DNA of 64,000 nt from Eutreptiella sp. 'Long Island Sound 2002' (GCA_964036045.1 OZ038378.1:2852001-2916000); one strand, 5' to 3'. Counted from the stretch's first letter, positions 22,701 to 34,036 are shown. The notes: generated by a model not told the origin, from the sequence alone. Made by a program: numbers and translations.

Positions 22701-25170
22701 CCTGGATTCACTGCCTTTTCCCACAAATGGGAACCCCTTGGACCCTGAGGCACCCCATCCTCCTGCTGCAGTGAACTCTCCTGTGGCATTGCCTTCTCAT
22801 TCTCCTCCTCGTCCCGCTGCTGCCGCTGCTGCTCCTGCTGCTGCTGCACGCCATCTTCCTGCTGCAGTGAAGTCTCCTGTGGCACTGCCTCCTCCTCCTG
22901 CTGCTGCTGCTGCTGCTGCTGCTCCTGCTGCTGCTGCACCCCATCCTCCTGCTGCAGTGAACCCTCCTGTGGCACTGCCTCCTCATCCCCCTCCTCCTGC
23001 TGCTGCTGCTGCTCCTGCTGCTGCTGCACCGCAACCTGCTGCTGCTCCTGCTGCTGCTGCTGCACCGCAACCTGCTGCTGCAATGCCTCAATCTGCAAGC
23101 AGCTTGCATCCAACTGCATAGGGTCTTGTTGCTGCGGTGCCTCTGCCTCCCCAGGCCTCCCTGCTTGCGCATGGCAACGACTGGAATGCTGGATGTCTAC
23201 CTCCCGGCGAGAGACGCTGGCTGATAGGTCGATGCGCATGGGTTGCACATCCTGTTGTGCCTGACGCTGCAAAGCATTCTGGTCAAGAACCACTGCAGCG
23301 TCAAGACTGAGTGTAGTGGCTGGCGTGGCATTGCTGGTTGGCAGTGTCGCTCCTATATGACGCACTGCAGGCATAGTGCAATGACCTTGCCTCTGTAGGC
23401 GTGGGGTGCCATCGCAACCACCATACCTGCCAAAGCTGCACTGTTCCAGCCCACTCACTGCAACCATGTGGCCATTGCTGCGGGGTTGTGTGAATTGAGG
23501 GGTGGTCACACTACTGTGAGCCTCCTGCACGGGGAAAAAGCCCACGGCAGGAGGCTGCGTGCCGTGGTGTACAGGAAGGGCGTTGAAACTGGAAAGGCAT
23601 GCCGCTTTCGAGGAACCTGAGGAAACAGTACAGCCGCTGAGCTTGTTCTGACACATATTGCTCTCACTTTTGCGTTACGCTTGCCCTGTCCTCAGACCTG
23701 GAGATAGAGTGTATCCACACTAGCACGGGATACACACTTTTTGTTTTTGGGATACACACAGGATACACACTCTAGAACCCTGGGATACACATGCGATACA
23801 TGCAAACCATGAAAAATGGGGCTGGGGAGCTTGAGCTAGAAGAGGAGTCATCATCCTTTGCAGAGGGAGCTGCAAGATGCGGCTTCAAAGATAATTGCTT
23901 CATCGTGTCTGGGGAAGAGCCGCAAGGGAACGAAGGACTGGGGAACTGAGCGCGTAGAACTATAAATGAAGAAAAAGTTGGGATACACATGTGATACACA
24001 TACTTGAAAGTTGGGATACACATTGGACACACACTTCTAAAGCCTGGGATACAGTCGGATACAATAATTACAAGTTTTGGGATACACTCTATCTCCAGGA
24101 CTGCCTGCCCTCCCCCCTACCTGCCCATCACCTCCTCCCCTGGATACTCGAGCTGCTGATGGGGATGCACCAAGTGCTATCCTCCCTCATTCCCTCTCAA
24201 AAGGTCAAAAAACCAGAAATCATCTTGGGCCATTCCTCCCGTTGGACCCCATCCCGTCAAATTGTCCCTCCCCAAATGCGACCCATCCCAGGACTTCTAC
24301 CGAGGCTTCCACTGTTCCGCATTGCCCCGTAGTCGCTGTGACCCTTCCCCTGTTGGACCTTCCAAACATTCCTTTGGCGAACCCCATTCTGATACGTTGA
24401 AAGCTAAGACTTGTGCGGAGGGTCCACACACCTTGTGACTGGAGGCATGTCCCATTGTGGTGTGGGCTCACTTGTCCACCAGCAGGTATCGGAATGGGTG
24501 CTGACGCGCCGGAGTCAGAGAAAAACGCCTGTGCATGCACAGGACTTTCTGGAGGACAACTGGGGCTGCAAAGTCCAGCACTGACAGCAGCATTACCATT
24601 CAAGGCCACTTGTTGAAGTTGAGCAGCTGCGCCATAGGATGATGATGTCGCAATTAGCGTCCACAAATCAGCCTCATTGTCGAAGAAATGCTGCACGACA
24701 ATGTCCTTCATACCCGGGCTAATGTGGACAAGCGAGGCTGCTAAGCGCCGGAATAACCCAGGCGGGAAATTGCTCACGCTTTGCGACTTCCAAAAGAGGA
24801 GGATTTTGAGCACCGTGTTCAAGTTACTGGACTCTGCGACTGCGGCGGCCCACATAACGTCCGGCAACACCGCGTACACGCACTTTTGCAAGTACTCGAG
24901 AGATGCACTATCTGGGGTACCGCCCTTAAGTGCACGATCCGCATGTAGGATAATGTCAGACAGCAAGCAAAGCACTGCAAACCGGCTTGCAACTTCACCT
25001 TTGACGACACAATCCGTGATCATAGCGAGGACACTCCCAACCTTGGCCGTATTCTGCATGACCCACGTAATGGCCTCCGAGGGGTACCGTGCATTCTCGG
25101 TTTTGGCCAAGCATGTCCGCCAAAACTGCGCCTCTTCTTGAGTGAGGGCCCCTCCGAAGCATACGGACAT
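12985..25170 (-). CDS. Six-exon gene for a ~1533-aa CID / 4x Tudor-like / C2HC zinc finger / 2x SET protein (putative lysine methyltransferase). Exons 25170-24432, 23616-21893, 21028-20504, 17378-17064, 15172-14605, 13715-12985
   Basis: All five introns are GT..AG with matching phases (1,0,0,0,1). Exon total is 4602 nt, divisible by 3. Splicing rebuilds split motifs: GTSVE|VCW and GTRLE|VEF (Tudor), CPKCQ|VRLKRDTIGPHFRHC (zinc finger), FITKL|GARSIVDVDASKGGNEARFINDY (SET). Confidence 0.8.
14605..15172 (-). CDS. Exon 5: rest of Tudor-like 4, RGKGKG repeat, N-terminal half of SET 1
   Basis: CTCTCAG|GTG acceptor; WEFATVVGVHSDGTYSVEYDG; GYGLFAAQD...ICVYTG; donor TTG|GTATGC. Confidence 0.85.
16470..16821. 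repeat. ~350-bp dispersed element bounded by 29-bp identical direct repeats
   Basis: GGGGGTTACGATAACACATCCGATGGGAC at 16470-16498 and 16793-16821. Confidence 0.7.
17064..17378 (-). CDS. Exon 4: second half of the zinc finger, Tudor-like 3, start of Tudor-like 4
   Basis: CAACAG|GTG acceptor; LNSRVEVKF...WYPGTVV...YGIAFDND; donor GAG|GTCTGT. Confidence 0.82.
17433..19490. mobile_element. Non-autonomous hAT-type DNA transposon (2058 bp) in intron 3 of the SET gene
   Basis: Perfect 17-bp TIR CAGGCCTTTGCTTAGTG (17433-17449) / CACTAAGCAAAGGCCTG (19474-19490), with the 8-bp TSD AGGCGGAT at 17425-17432 and 19491-19498. Confidence 0.88.
18178..19325. repeat. ~197-bp satellite, ~6 copies, with alternating A/B variants in copies 1-4
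   Basis: Unit TACACAACC(T/A)GCTTATGCAG...GGTCCG(G)n...CCCAAGGGA(C/T)TGG; copies 2 and 4 share GTTTCTGAT/GCTATCTAAAGC variants. Confidence 0.92.
20504..21028 (-). CDS. Exon 3: rest of Tudor-like 2, basic/RG-rich linker, first half of the zinc finger
   Basis: CATCAG|GTG acceptor; VCW...YYAGTVV...YLVDYGNG; ends METCPKCQ with donor CAG|GTGCGG. Confidence 0.82.
21893..23616 (-). CDS. Exon 2: low-complexity Gln/Glu-rich linker, Tudor-like 1 and start of Tudor-like 2
   Basis: Acceptor TGTACTGTTTCCTCAG|GT; 1.7-kb open frame; LPLGTRIAVRY...YKGTVTGRKDGGTYEIHFDTGD; donor GAG|GTGCGT. Confidence 0.8.
22745..23095 (-). repeat. Coding (CAG)n-rich tandem peptide repeat
   Basis: E-x-AVPQE(G/T/S)SLQQEDGVQ(Q)n units repeated 3-4 times inside exon 2. 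Confidence 0.9.
23698..24098. mobile_element. 401-bp MITE with 19-bp TIR and 3-bp TSD in intron 1 of the SET gene
   Basis: CTGGAGATAGAGTGTATCC (23698-23716) / GGATACACTCTATCTCCAG (24080-24098); GAC at 23695-23697 and 24099-24101; about ten internal GGATACAC motifs. Confidence 0.85.
24432..25170 (-). CDS. Exon 1: CTD-interacting (CID/RPR)-like helical domain
   Basis: SEAITWVMQN...RFAVLCLLSDIILH...LNTVLKILLFWKSQ fits the CID pattern (SI..W; KL..LYL.SDI; ..ll..W). Donor CAAG|GTGTGT at 24431. The link to exon 2 is the weakest junction of the model. Confidence 0.65.
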
Positions 25171-27176
25171 GTAAGGCCCACACCTGCCGAAGTGCGCGGG
25201 AACAAAACACTGCTAAAAGCGTGAGGGGCATAGGACCAACAATGGGGCCAGCATTGTGCAAGGTAGACAAGAAATTTGGATAACATCCAATCTGATCATA
25301 ATTGGGAACTCGACGCCATCCGGCGAATTATCCAACGTTGTCCTGTTTCTGGTCCCAGCAACCTGGCAGGGCAGCCCACCTTCACACTTTGTGGGGGTGA
25401 AGTGAAGGGATAAGGGGCACACTGCGCGCTTGCACTACTTCCCCCAACCAACCTGATAACAGCTCCCCTTCCAAACGCAGCCCCAATCCACCTCTGAAGA
25501 ACCCAGTGTTGCTCCCTATCTTCCCCAGGCCAAGACAACATGCAACAGTAACACAATAATGTGTTGACACTTATACTAAACTCAAACGGGAGCACATCCT
25601 GGATACTCAAAGGGAGTGTGTGGTATCCCAACAAGGACCCAACATGGCACCTGCAAGCATAGACAAAGAGATAGATAATTCAACAAAACTCCGGAAGAAA
25701 GGAAGAAAGAATCCTGACAGCCAAGCAGGCCCTCCTACACCACCCCGTAGAGAGTAGAAACATACAACACCACATTTGTAACCATTTCTCTCAGGGACAT
25801 TCGGTATGTGCCAACACGGTGGGTTTTGGCACTTTTCCTGGGTTTTGTGAACGTTTGGTCCAATGCGCCAAAATTTCGTCCCTTTTTTTTGGGGGGGGGG
25901 GGTATGTATATACTTTTTGAAATCTGTGAGAATAGGCCGTTTCAGAAATGTATGGGTCGGGGGGGGGGGGGGGATCAGAAACCATGTTTTTGCAGAATCG
26001 GAGGCCGAAGTTGGACGCTGCTAGGATTTTCAGCGAGCTGCCCGCGCAGCTTGCACAGGTCTGCACCCCAAGTTTCCCTGTGCCGGGGGATGCTCTAACA
26101 TATCGCTACCTCACAACACAATCAAATAGGCTATATTGATGGACTTTGATGTGCAGAATTCAAAAATGCAAGAGTTAGGCCTCAACACAATATGATAGAG
26201 ATATTGGCCGTTTGGTGTCAATCGGTAGACAATCGCAAACTTGTCCCGACAAGCACATGAATCTCTGTTGCTTTGAACCGATTGTACGAGGTTTCTTGGC
26301 CTGCTTGGCAGGATGCCGAGTCACCTACACCCACACTACACCCCTAGAGCGAGCCCTTTTGCGAACCAAAGGCTTTCGTGGTGCATCACGGGAAGCAACA
26401 GCCCATGGGGTGAATTTGCATGCGGACATGGTCTCTGCTTGTTGACAAAAAGAGGCAACAGGCTGCACACACACACATTGTCCAAAATGGAAGAAATTCT
26501 CAAACATATCGTCAGTACAGCATGCAAACCCAGGGTTCCAAATACCCCTTTTTCAAGGGCTTTCCGAATACACCCCATATACCCCCCCCCCCCCCTATGG
26601 GACCCACAGTGGGCACAAATCAAGCAACAATGACGACGACCACCGAAAACCTACCGAGTTGGCGCATTCAGTACCGACCCCGAGAGATTTGCAAGTGGTA
26701 CATATATAGTAGGAGAGCATATCACTATTTTGTCCGACAATTAATGTCAACCAAATTTGCTTCGTCTACCGTGTGTGCTGTATTCAAGGTGCCCCCTCGC
26801 TGTCATGGGGCCCAAGTTTTCACGAGCAAGAAAACTCACCGCAAGGCATGTGAATGTCAAAAGTTTGTCCAACGATCCACTTGGCCTCACACAATCATTT
26901 CAAAACAGCAATAGTCTTTGAGACGGGCCTGACACACGATGCACAAGCCGAGGCGTGGGTGCCTCATGGATGCTAGGATGACCGTGCGCTAGGACTGTAC
27001 ATGGTTTCTTTGGTCAAGGCAAGAGACAAGCTTCAATTCAACAACAAAATTGTCCTTGGACCACAAGTAGCCCAAGCAATAGTTTGGCAGCCACAACCAA
27101 AATGGGGGAGCTTCCTTGTGACCTATGGTGGTTGTCGGAGCATGCAACCCCTCCCCCGATAGTCTCCCCAAATTTT

Positions 27177-27700
27177 ACTACACCCCTCTTCCCTTAAACC
27201 TGGCTAACAAGTTGCAACAATCAACGAGCACTTCACGTTTCAATTTTGCAAATATCTTCCTTCCAACGCTTTGGGCTCTACTCTACTCAAGTCATCTTTT
27301 CCATTGACACATGCCCTCCCCAAATCTAGACTTTGGGCCCCCAACTCAACAGCGGAGGCCCAAGGCACGGGCACCAAGTTAGGAGGCGCCCTTCCAAATG
27401 AGCACAGTTTTGGGCGAAAGACAGCACTTTTTTGCTCAAAGCAACCCCAAAGCTTGTTTGAAATGTCCAAACGAAGGAAAACAAATGCAAGGAGCCCTTT
27501 CCCAGCCTATAAACCACAATATGTTGGAGAAACGCCCGAAAAAGGGTCCAAAGTTGGCTCAACACCGGCGCAGTTTCGGCCGTGCAGCCCGAAAATCAAG
27601 AATGGGCCATATCTCCGGCTACAAGCCTCAGAATTGGATTCCACGGGCACTTAGTCACTGCAACCCCCCACTTCTTGTGATCACCGAGATGGACGCCTAC
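27177..27700 (+). mobile_element. Diverged, 3'-truncated family A copy
   Basis: Starts TACTACACCCCTCTTCCCTTAAACCTGGCTAACAAG and follows the family A 5' half. Confidence 0.65.
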
Positions 27701-28424
27701 ACCCCTATACCTCTCGGGGAAGACTTAGGGGAAAGACGGTGCAATCACAAACAAGGCGTCTTCAGTAGAATCACAAACAAAGTGTCTTCGGCAGAAATTC
27801 ATCTCCAGACAGGCTGAGGCTGCGAGGCTGCAGTGACACGCAAGCTGTGCATTGTGCGCTTGTTGTTCCAGTGCCCACCTGGTTTCAGCAAGTAGCAAGC
27901 TTAAGTCCGGGTTATAGACCCAAAAGCTCAGCCTCGAGTCTAGTTTATATACCCCGGGAATCCGTGCAGTTGAGTTCTGGGTTATATATAAACCAAACGC
28001 GGGTCTAAGTTCCGGGTTACAAGGTTGTAACATAAGGAAAGCAGTGCATCCCACACTCTCGGCTTACATCTGTTGAAGTCCAACCTCCCTTCAGGTACCG
28101 TTAATGTAAGGCAAGTGCACATGCAATGGGACAGGGCAACAGGTCGGTGAGGTGGTATGATGTGAGCAATGCCTACGGGGTATCGCCTTGACTTACTGAC
28201 AACTTGCTACTTTTGTACCCTTCGGCCTTCCTATTGTCTTTGGTAGTCCTATCCAATTCTATTGCCTTCGGCAGTGCACCTCAAAGAGAGGATGACAGTC
28301 AGTTAGTCAGGCAAGCAGTCGGTCAGACAGTCAGTCAGGCAAGCAGGCAGGCAGACAGAAACATACAGTTTGGGTTTTTTTAGTGGCAGACTCGGCTACA
28401 AGCAGCAAGGAGAGCAGCAGCTGT

Positions 28425-28500
28425 CAGAACAAGCAATGGTTGAATGGTAATGCAGCCAACCACAAAAATGTAGGTCAGCGGTTCGATTCCCGGTCAGCCG
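28425..28500 (+). other. tRNA-like Pol III promoter remnant (possible SINE head)
   Basis: B-box-like GGTTCGATTCC at 28480-28490 with a weak A-box-like segment ~45 nt upstream; no convincing cloverleaf. Confidence 0.35.
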
Positions 28501-30029
28501 ATGGCCGGCGGCACCGGCCGACCTGTAAGCTCTGCCCAATCTTACCCTTATTCAAACTATTATTATTCAAATCATCCTACTGAGCACAAACTTCTGAGCA
28601 CAAACTTTTGACCCCCAAAAAAAGTGATATCCAGTTTCAACACATAGAGGCCTCAGAATCAAAAAATCTATTGGGGGATCGTCTTATCGGGCAAAATAGT
28701 GATTTTACAAGGGGTTGGACATCAAATATCATGCCTTGGGGTATGCTACGCAAATGACCCCCAATAAGGGCCTGTGCATGATCTAACAACCTCTCTTTCT
28801 AGGTGATTTGAGCATTGTGCAAACTGCTTAGAGAAGACTGTGCTTGCGTGTGGAACGCACACATGACGGCAAACACACGTGACCGCCCACAACTAGGAGA
28901 GCCCTCGGATGCAGATGGTGATAGATTGTGGAAGGGGAAGATCAGCAATGGCTAAGAATCACATCAAAACAAACATCATTGGGTGGCAATGTGCGGTAAA
29001 ATGTTTGTAAACCCCATGTTACACCTGGGACCACAAAAACAGTGGTCCCAAAAAAACAGTGGTTCAACGCCCACCCCGTGCTTAGACAAGACCGTGCTTG
29101 CGCAAGGGGGAGGGGCGGTATGTCAAGGGAAGGTGCGATACTCCTCCGCAGTAAGGTCTGACACACATTCAATCTCCTTTTGCTTTTTGCTAGGTTTCAA
29201 AAACAAACATAAAAGGGTGGCGAGGTAAAGGTTACAGATGAAAAGCTAAACGACGAGCCACCTAAGAAGGTTCCCAAGGTACAAGTCAAAGAGGAATGCA
29301 GAAGGCAATCCTAATGACTGCATTGTGCGGGTTGGGGTGTGTGAGTGAGTTACACTAGCACAGCACCAGGCAGAAAGAACTGCTCACGAATGCATCTTAG
29401 ATTAAAATAAAGAGTATGTGCCATGTGAAGTGATTTCCCATCTTTCGCATCATTTCAATCCTTGTCTCTCGTTGGTACCTTAGCAACATGCACATATTGT
29501 TTATTGGTACACTCGCTCATCTCATGCCTTGCACATTATTGTCCTGCCATTGTACATTTGGTCCGCCATTGTACAGTTGGTCCATCCTAGTTCCACCCAT
29601 GCTGATTGACATATGTCTCTCCACAAACCCCGAAAAGACCCACGATATTTCAAAAAAGTCGGACCCCCCCCTCTCTCTTGCACCCACTTGGGGGGAGTGT
29701 TTGCCTTGCGCGCACCCTGCGCGCACCTTGCGCACTACTTTTATGATGACTTTCCCAGATTGAGTCCCCAAGTTTACCATTGCTGTATGAAGACCCCGAG
29801 TAGACCAACAGTTGCCTCTTGCCTACCAAATGAAGCGACAAGCACAACATTGAACAAGAAAAGCACATCTAAATCACCTTCACAAGTTCGTTCCACCAAA
29901 TTTGTTCACTCAAGTTGAACAAGCACACGTTCCGACAGGTGTGCGGGTCAATACATTCCGCACAATAATTCAAATGACATTCACCACATTCTGTCGTAGT
30001 GTGCTTTTGACAGCACAATGCACATATAT

Positions 30030-30410
30030 CAACCTCCTCCCCAACAATCTCAAAATCAAAGATATCTCCTCGCGTGCGGGAAGGTCCACAACCATCCCAT
30101 ATCAATACATCGGCGGAGGTGCCAGGAGCCAAAGGACAAATCCATACAATATTCCCCAACAAATCAACGGCCACGGTGACCTTGAAAATGTGAGCCGCGT
30201 ACTTTGGGTTCCAACGGTCCACAAACCAAATCCCACCAATGGAGTTGATCGGCATGGAATCCGCAAAGTGTGTCATAAAATATGGGAAGTGGGGACAATG
30301 GTTGAAACGATTCAACTGTCCGACCACCTAATTTCCTGAACAACATGATTCAAAAAATCCCGTACGCGGGCCACACTCTGCCACCATGCGATCTCCAAGC
30401 AATCATTACT
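30030..30410 (-). pseudogene. PIF/Harbinger/ISL2EU-like (DDE_Tnp_4-type) transposase remnant
   Basis: ...IRWSD/RLNRFNHCPHFPYFMTHFADSMPI...FKVTVAVDLLGNIVWICPLAPGTSADVLIWD resembles the first catalytic D region and the K-x-Q/T-x-x-V-D-x-x-G-x-I...PG-x-x-x-D motif. Frameshifted near 30320 and lacking the downstream DxGY region. Confidence 0.65.
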
Positions 30411-33358
30411 GCGCGACATGAATGCACCACTCCATCCGTATCCCCAACTCAAGGGGCCACACCAAAGCGTGGGAGTCCATCACCCCAACTCGAGGGGCCC
30501 CCAACGTGGAGGAGCGAACTGTGAACCGGTTATCCTCAATAGCACCCGAAGGTCAACGATAATTGGCCCGGTTTCCTCAATAGCACCGGAAGGTTGAAGG
30601 CCCACAATTGGGCAGATTGGCTACATCACCGCTGTTGCCTTGTCAGGGATCCCATCCCAGGGGTAGGGATCGGAAATAGCCCAAAAAGTTGCCCTGCGTG
30701 CTGACGCTCCCTCTTGAACAGTGATTGTGTGGGTACGTCGTTATGACTGTCATTATGACCATGTATATCCAATGAAGAAGAAAACCCCATATGTGGGGCA
30801 ACAACCTCTAACTTGTGATTCTTGTCAAGTAGTGATTCTTGTCAAGTATTTGAGCACTTGTCATGTGTTGAGTGTCAGTTTCCGCCTCAACATGGCTCTT
30901 GGAAATGTGAGACAGTGTGACAGACATGACGAGTCAATAAAATCTCGAGGAACATGTGCCACCTCCTTGCCCGTGACACAGCACAAACTCAGCACTAGCT
31001 TGAGTCCCCGAGACGTCCAAGTGGACCATGCATTTGCAGAATCCTGTGTCCTTGGGTTCACCACCAAAAAGAAAAGACTGGTCAGACCGGTCAAACCAGT
31101 CTTTGCAAACCGTTCATGAATCAGAAGTAGCTATGGAATTCATGCTGTCTCAGGATCCCCAGAGTCCACATAACCCTGTCGTCTCGGGTTTCCCAAGGCG
31201 GGGAGGAATCAAAAGGGGGTTTGTCTATTTTGAAAACTTAGAAAGCAAAATCATTGTGTAAAACACTTCGTAAGCAATATTTTGTACAGAAAATTTTGTT
31301 TGCTACGTTTAATGGACGATGGTATACCCATGTGCACCAACCAGCATATCCCTCCCCGCTCTGTGCACCTTGTGCACCAAACCACCCTCTGCGTGCCTCA
31401 TGCATACCAACTTCCATGCACTTGGTGCAATAGGGCGCACAGTTGCGGCGGAACTATCTCTACTTGTCCAGTAAACGGGCAGGTATTTTGGGGACGAAGG
31501 GCACGAAACGCTGTTCTACACCGTTGTGCAGTGTTGTACCCCGTCCTCTCTGGCTTGGGTATGGTTGACATCATGATGATTCCCGATGGAGGGCAGGGGG
31601 AAGAGCAGGCAAGGGTGAACATCACAGCAAGGACATGACTTTGCAAACACGAGCAGTGCGCGGCCTAGCAGTGTAGGAGATGGGACGGCTCAGCTTCGGC
31701 TCAGCTTCGTGTTTGCCCATTGGGGGAGTCCCAGTGTCCGAAATAAGAAAGGCACCAAGCCAATAGGTAGGTAGGCCTACTGTACCCTCGACGCAGGCAG
31801 GTTAGACAGAGAAGGCCATGGCCATGCAAAGGACAACGTGGGCCAAAAGCAATCCTCCACAACAAGGAAAGAAAAACACTCCATTACAACCGAATCACAA
31901 GCAAAGCGTCGATCGGCCAGCGACTGCTGGCCCACCAGCAGTGAACCATTCAATGTCACAACGCACCCACCAACCTCGATGGCCCTTCAAAGACAGTCCT
32001 GAGCGGCTAATGGCCTTGTGGAGCGGTGGTGATAAGCTCACTGGGGATTAGTCAGTATTGGATCCCCCGTCTGCCCTCCACGAAATTGAGACACAAATGC
32101 TCAGGTGAGACCAACTCAAAAATGCGGGCATATCATATTCCCTCAGTTGCAGAAGGGGTTAGCACTTATCCTGCCCCTGGACTGTGCATCTTGTATGCAT
32201 GTTCCACGGCCCCCCCCCTTGGCCTCCCCCGTAGAGGATGCAGTGCGGCCACTTGCAGAAGCCCTCTCACATGCATCTAGTTTTGTCCAGTCATGGGGTG
32301 CGTGGGTGGGGGGCTCCAACAGGTATACCTGGAAACGAGGGTGCTGTGTTGGCCCTCTTGAGACTTTTCTCTGGTGACATTGAAAATTTTGTCAGCATGT
32401 CTTCTCTTCCTGGAGCGGAAGGAGGCACACGGAGGGTCCGAGTACACACCTTCCCTCCAGAGTCCTGCAGCGCAGACTAGCCACGCATGTGCATTTCCAC
32501 GGGGAAGAGCAGGAAAAATGGAAACGGAACAAAGGACAGAGAGGGGGGAACGGGTTCCATAAAGGATAGAGATAGAGAAAAGGGAGGTGGGCACAGTGGT
32601 GTGTTTCAGGATCCACAGAAGCAACGAAATTCAAACCCTTTGGCACTCAGCCACAGATTGTGTGGGGAGCGTTTGAAACACATCAGAGGCGGTGCCTCGA
32701 CCGTTGTTATAGTGACATGCCAAATGGCACTGTTCCAGGACATGCCCTTGTTCATGCCATGGACCTGCAGCAGTGCTGCACATCCCATTCTCATGCTTCA
32801 TTATAAATAAAACAGACCCGGGCACTGCACTGCGTTTGCTCTCTCCTTTTGGTGCCCTCTTCTCGGCGGCGTCTTCTGTCACACCGCAACGGGCGTGACA
32901 GAGACAGACCCCGCCAACCTCCGCTGATCCGAACATTGCATGCGGTCGATCCGGACACAGGTCTGCTCCGCCAGACTGGCTCTCCAGAAAGTCACACGTC
33001 CTGACGTGCGGCGTGGCGTCGTGGCGCAGTACAACCGAGGCTCTGGCCCACCCGGTGCGAAACGCCGGTTTTGCTGGCAAACCCACGACGCCATGCCTTC
33101 AACTCCGACGAGGCGTACCAAGTGTGGCCGTGTTCCCACAGGTTCGCAGCGCATTGGCTGTAGAAAGTGACAACACCTTCTTCGTAACGCTAGCCCTTCC
33201 AAGAAACACCACGAAAGCCCTTTATATTGAATTAGCACGACAGAACAGCACGTCTCCCTGTTCTCTGACGCGAGCCATTTGCCTGCCACCGGCAAACCAG
33301 TCCCTCCTTTTCACGACACGACAGCCCCTTCCCTGCCAACAACAGGCGCGCCCCGGCC

Positions 33359-34036
33359 TCACAACAACACAACTGCCAGGTCCCTCGGATGCAAACCCCA
33401 CAAACTGTAATTGTAGATATAATACCACAGATTCGCATCGCCCGCCCCGAACTTAAGGGGCATCAAGAACTTCTCGTTGTCCATCAGATCCAGCGCATTG
33501 AATGTGTCGACCCCCGCGTTCTTCGCCAGAATGAGCGCATCCGTCATGAGCTGCTGTAGATCGGTGGCCGTGGCCACGTTGAGGTAGCTGTAGACCTCGT
33601 GCACGTGGGTGTGGGAGTGCTTGGGGTTGCCCAGAATGCTGCTGGGCAGAGTGTAGTAGCTCACAAGGTCCGTGACCCTGCCCTCCGTTTCGACCACGTA
33701 CGAATTCATGATGCCTTCGCGGGGGAGCAGCAAATGCTGCACCTCCGCTTCGTCGAACACCTGAGCGAAGGCGAATTTCTCGAGGTATGAATTGAGCAGC
33801 TCCCGCACCTGCGGCACGTCCGCCTCCTTCATTTCGCGAAGGTTCGGGAGTTGGGGCTTGTCGGGGAGGGCGAAGAAGCGCTCGGTCGCGACCATGGGGC
33901 GCTGCATCCGCACAAACTGCGGGGGGATTGTGGAGAACTCTATCTCGATCAGCTTTTTGGGGTTGAGCATACGGTGCCAGTACCGACACGTGCTCATGTG
34001 AGGCTGGGGCAGCACAACACCCGCCGTGTACACGGC
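33359..34036 (-). CDS. NMT: Glycylpeptide N-tetradecanoyltransferase, 3' exon
   Basis: AVYTAGVVLP...RYWHRMLNPKKLIEIEF...FGAGDANLWYYIYNY...LAVVLL-stop; acceptor TGCCACAG|GCC at 34037. Confidence 0.93.
   Translation of the reverse strand, partial: AVYTAGVVLPQPHMSTCRYWHRMLNPKKLIEIEFSTIPPQFVRMQRPMVATERFFALPDKPQLPNLREMKEADVPQVRELLNSYLEKFAFAQVFDEAEVQHLLLPREGIMNSYVVETEGRVTDLVSYYTLPSSILGNPKHSHTHVHEVYSYLNVATATDLQQLMTDALILAKNAGVDTFNALDLMDNEKFLMPLKFGAGDANLWYYIYNYSLWGLHPRDLAVVLL

Noticed and set aside
23657-24219. Continuous reading frame from the CID ORF into the Gln-rich ORF after removing the MITE (the frames do match)
   Set aside because: Four in-frame stops remain, so a conventional intron 23617-24431 is the simpler explanation.
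25792-26080. Possible hAT MITE with CAGGGA termini
   Set aside because: Inverted match is short and imperfect, and there is no target-site duplication.
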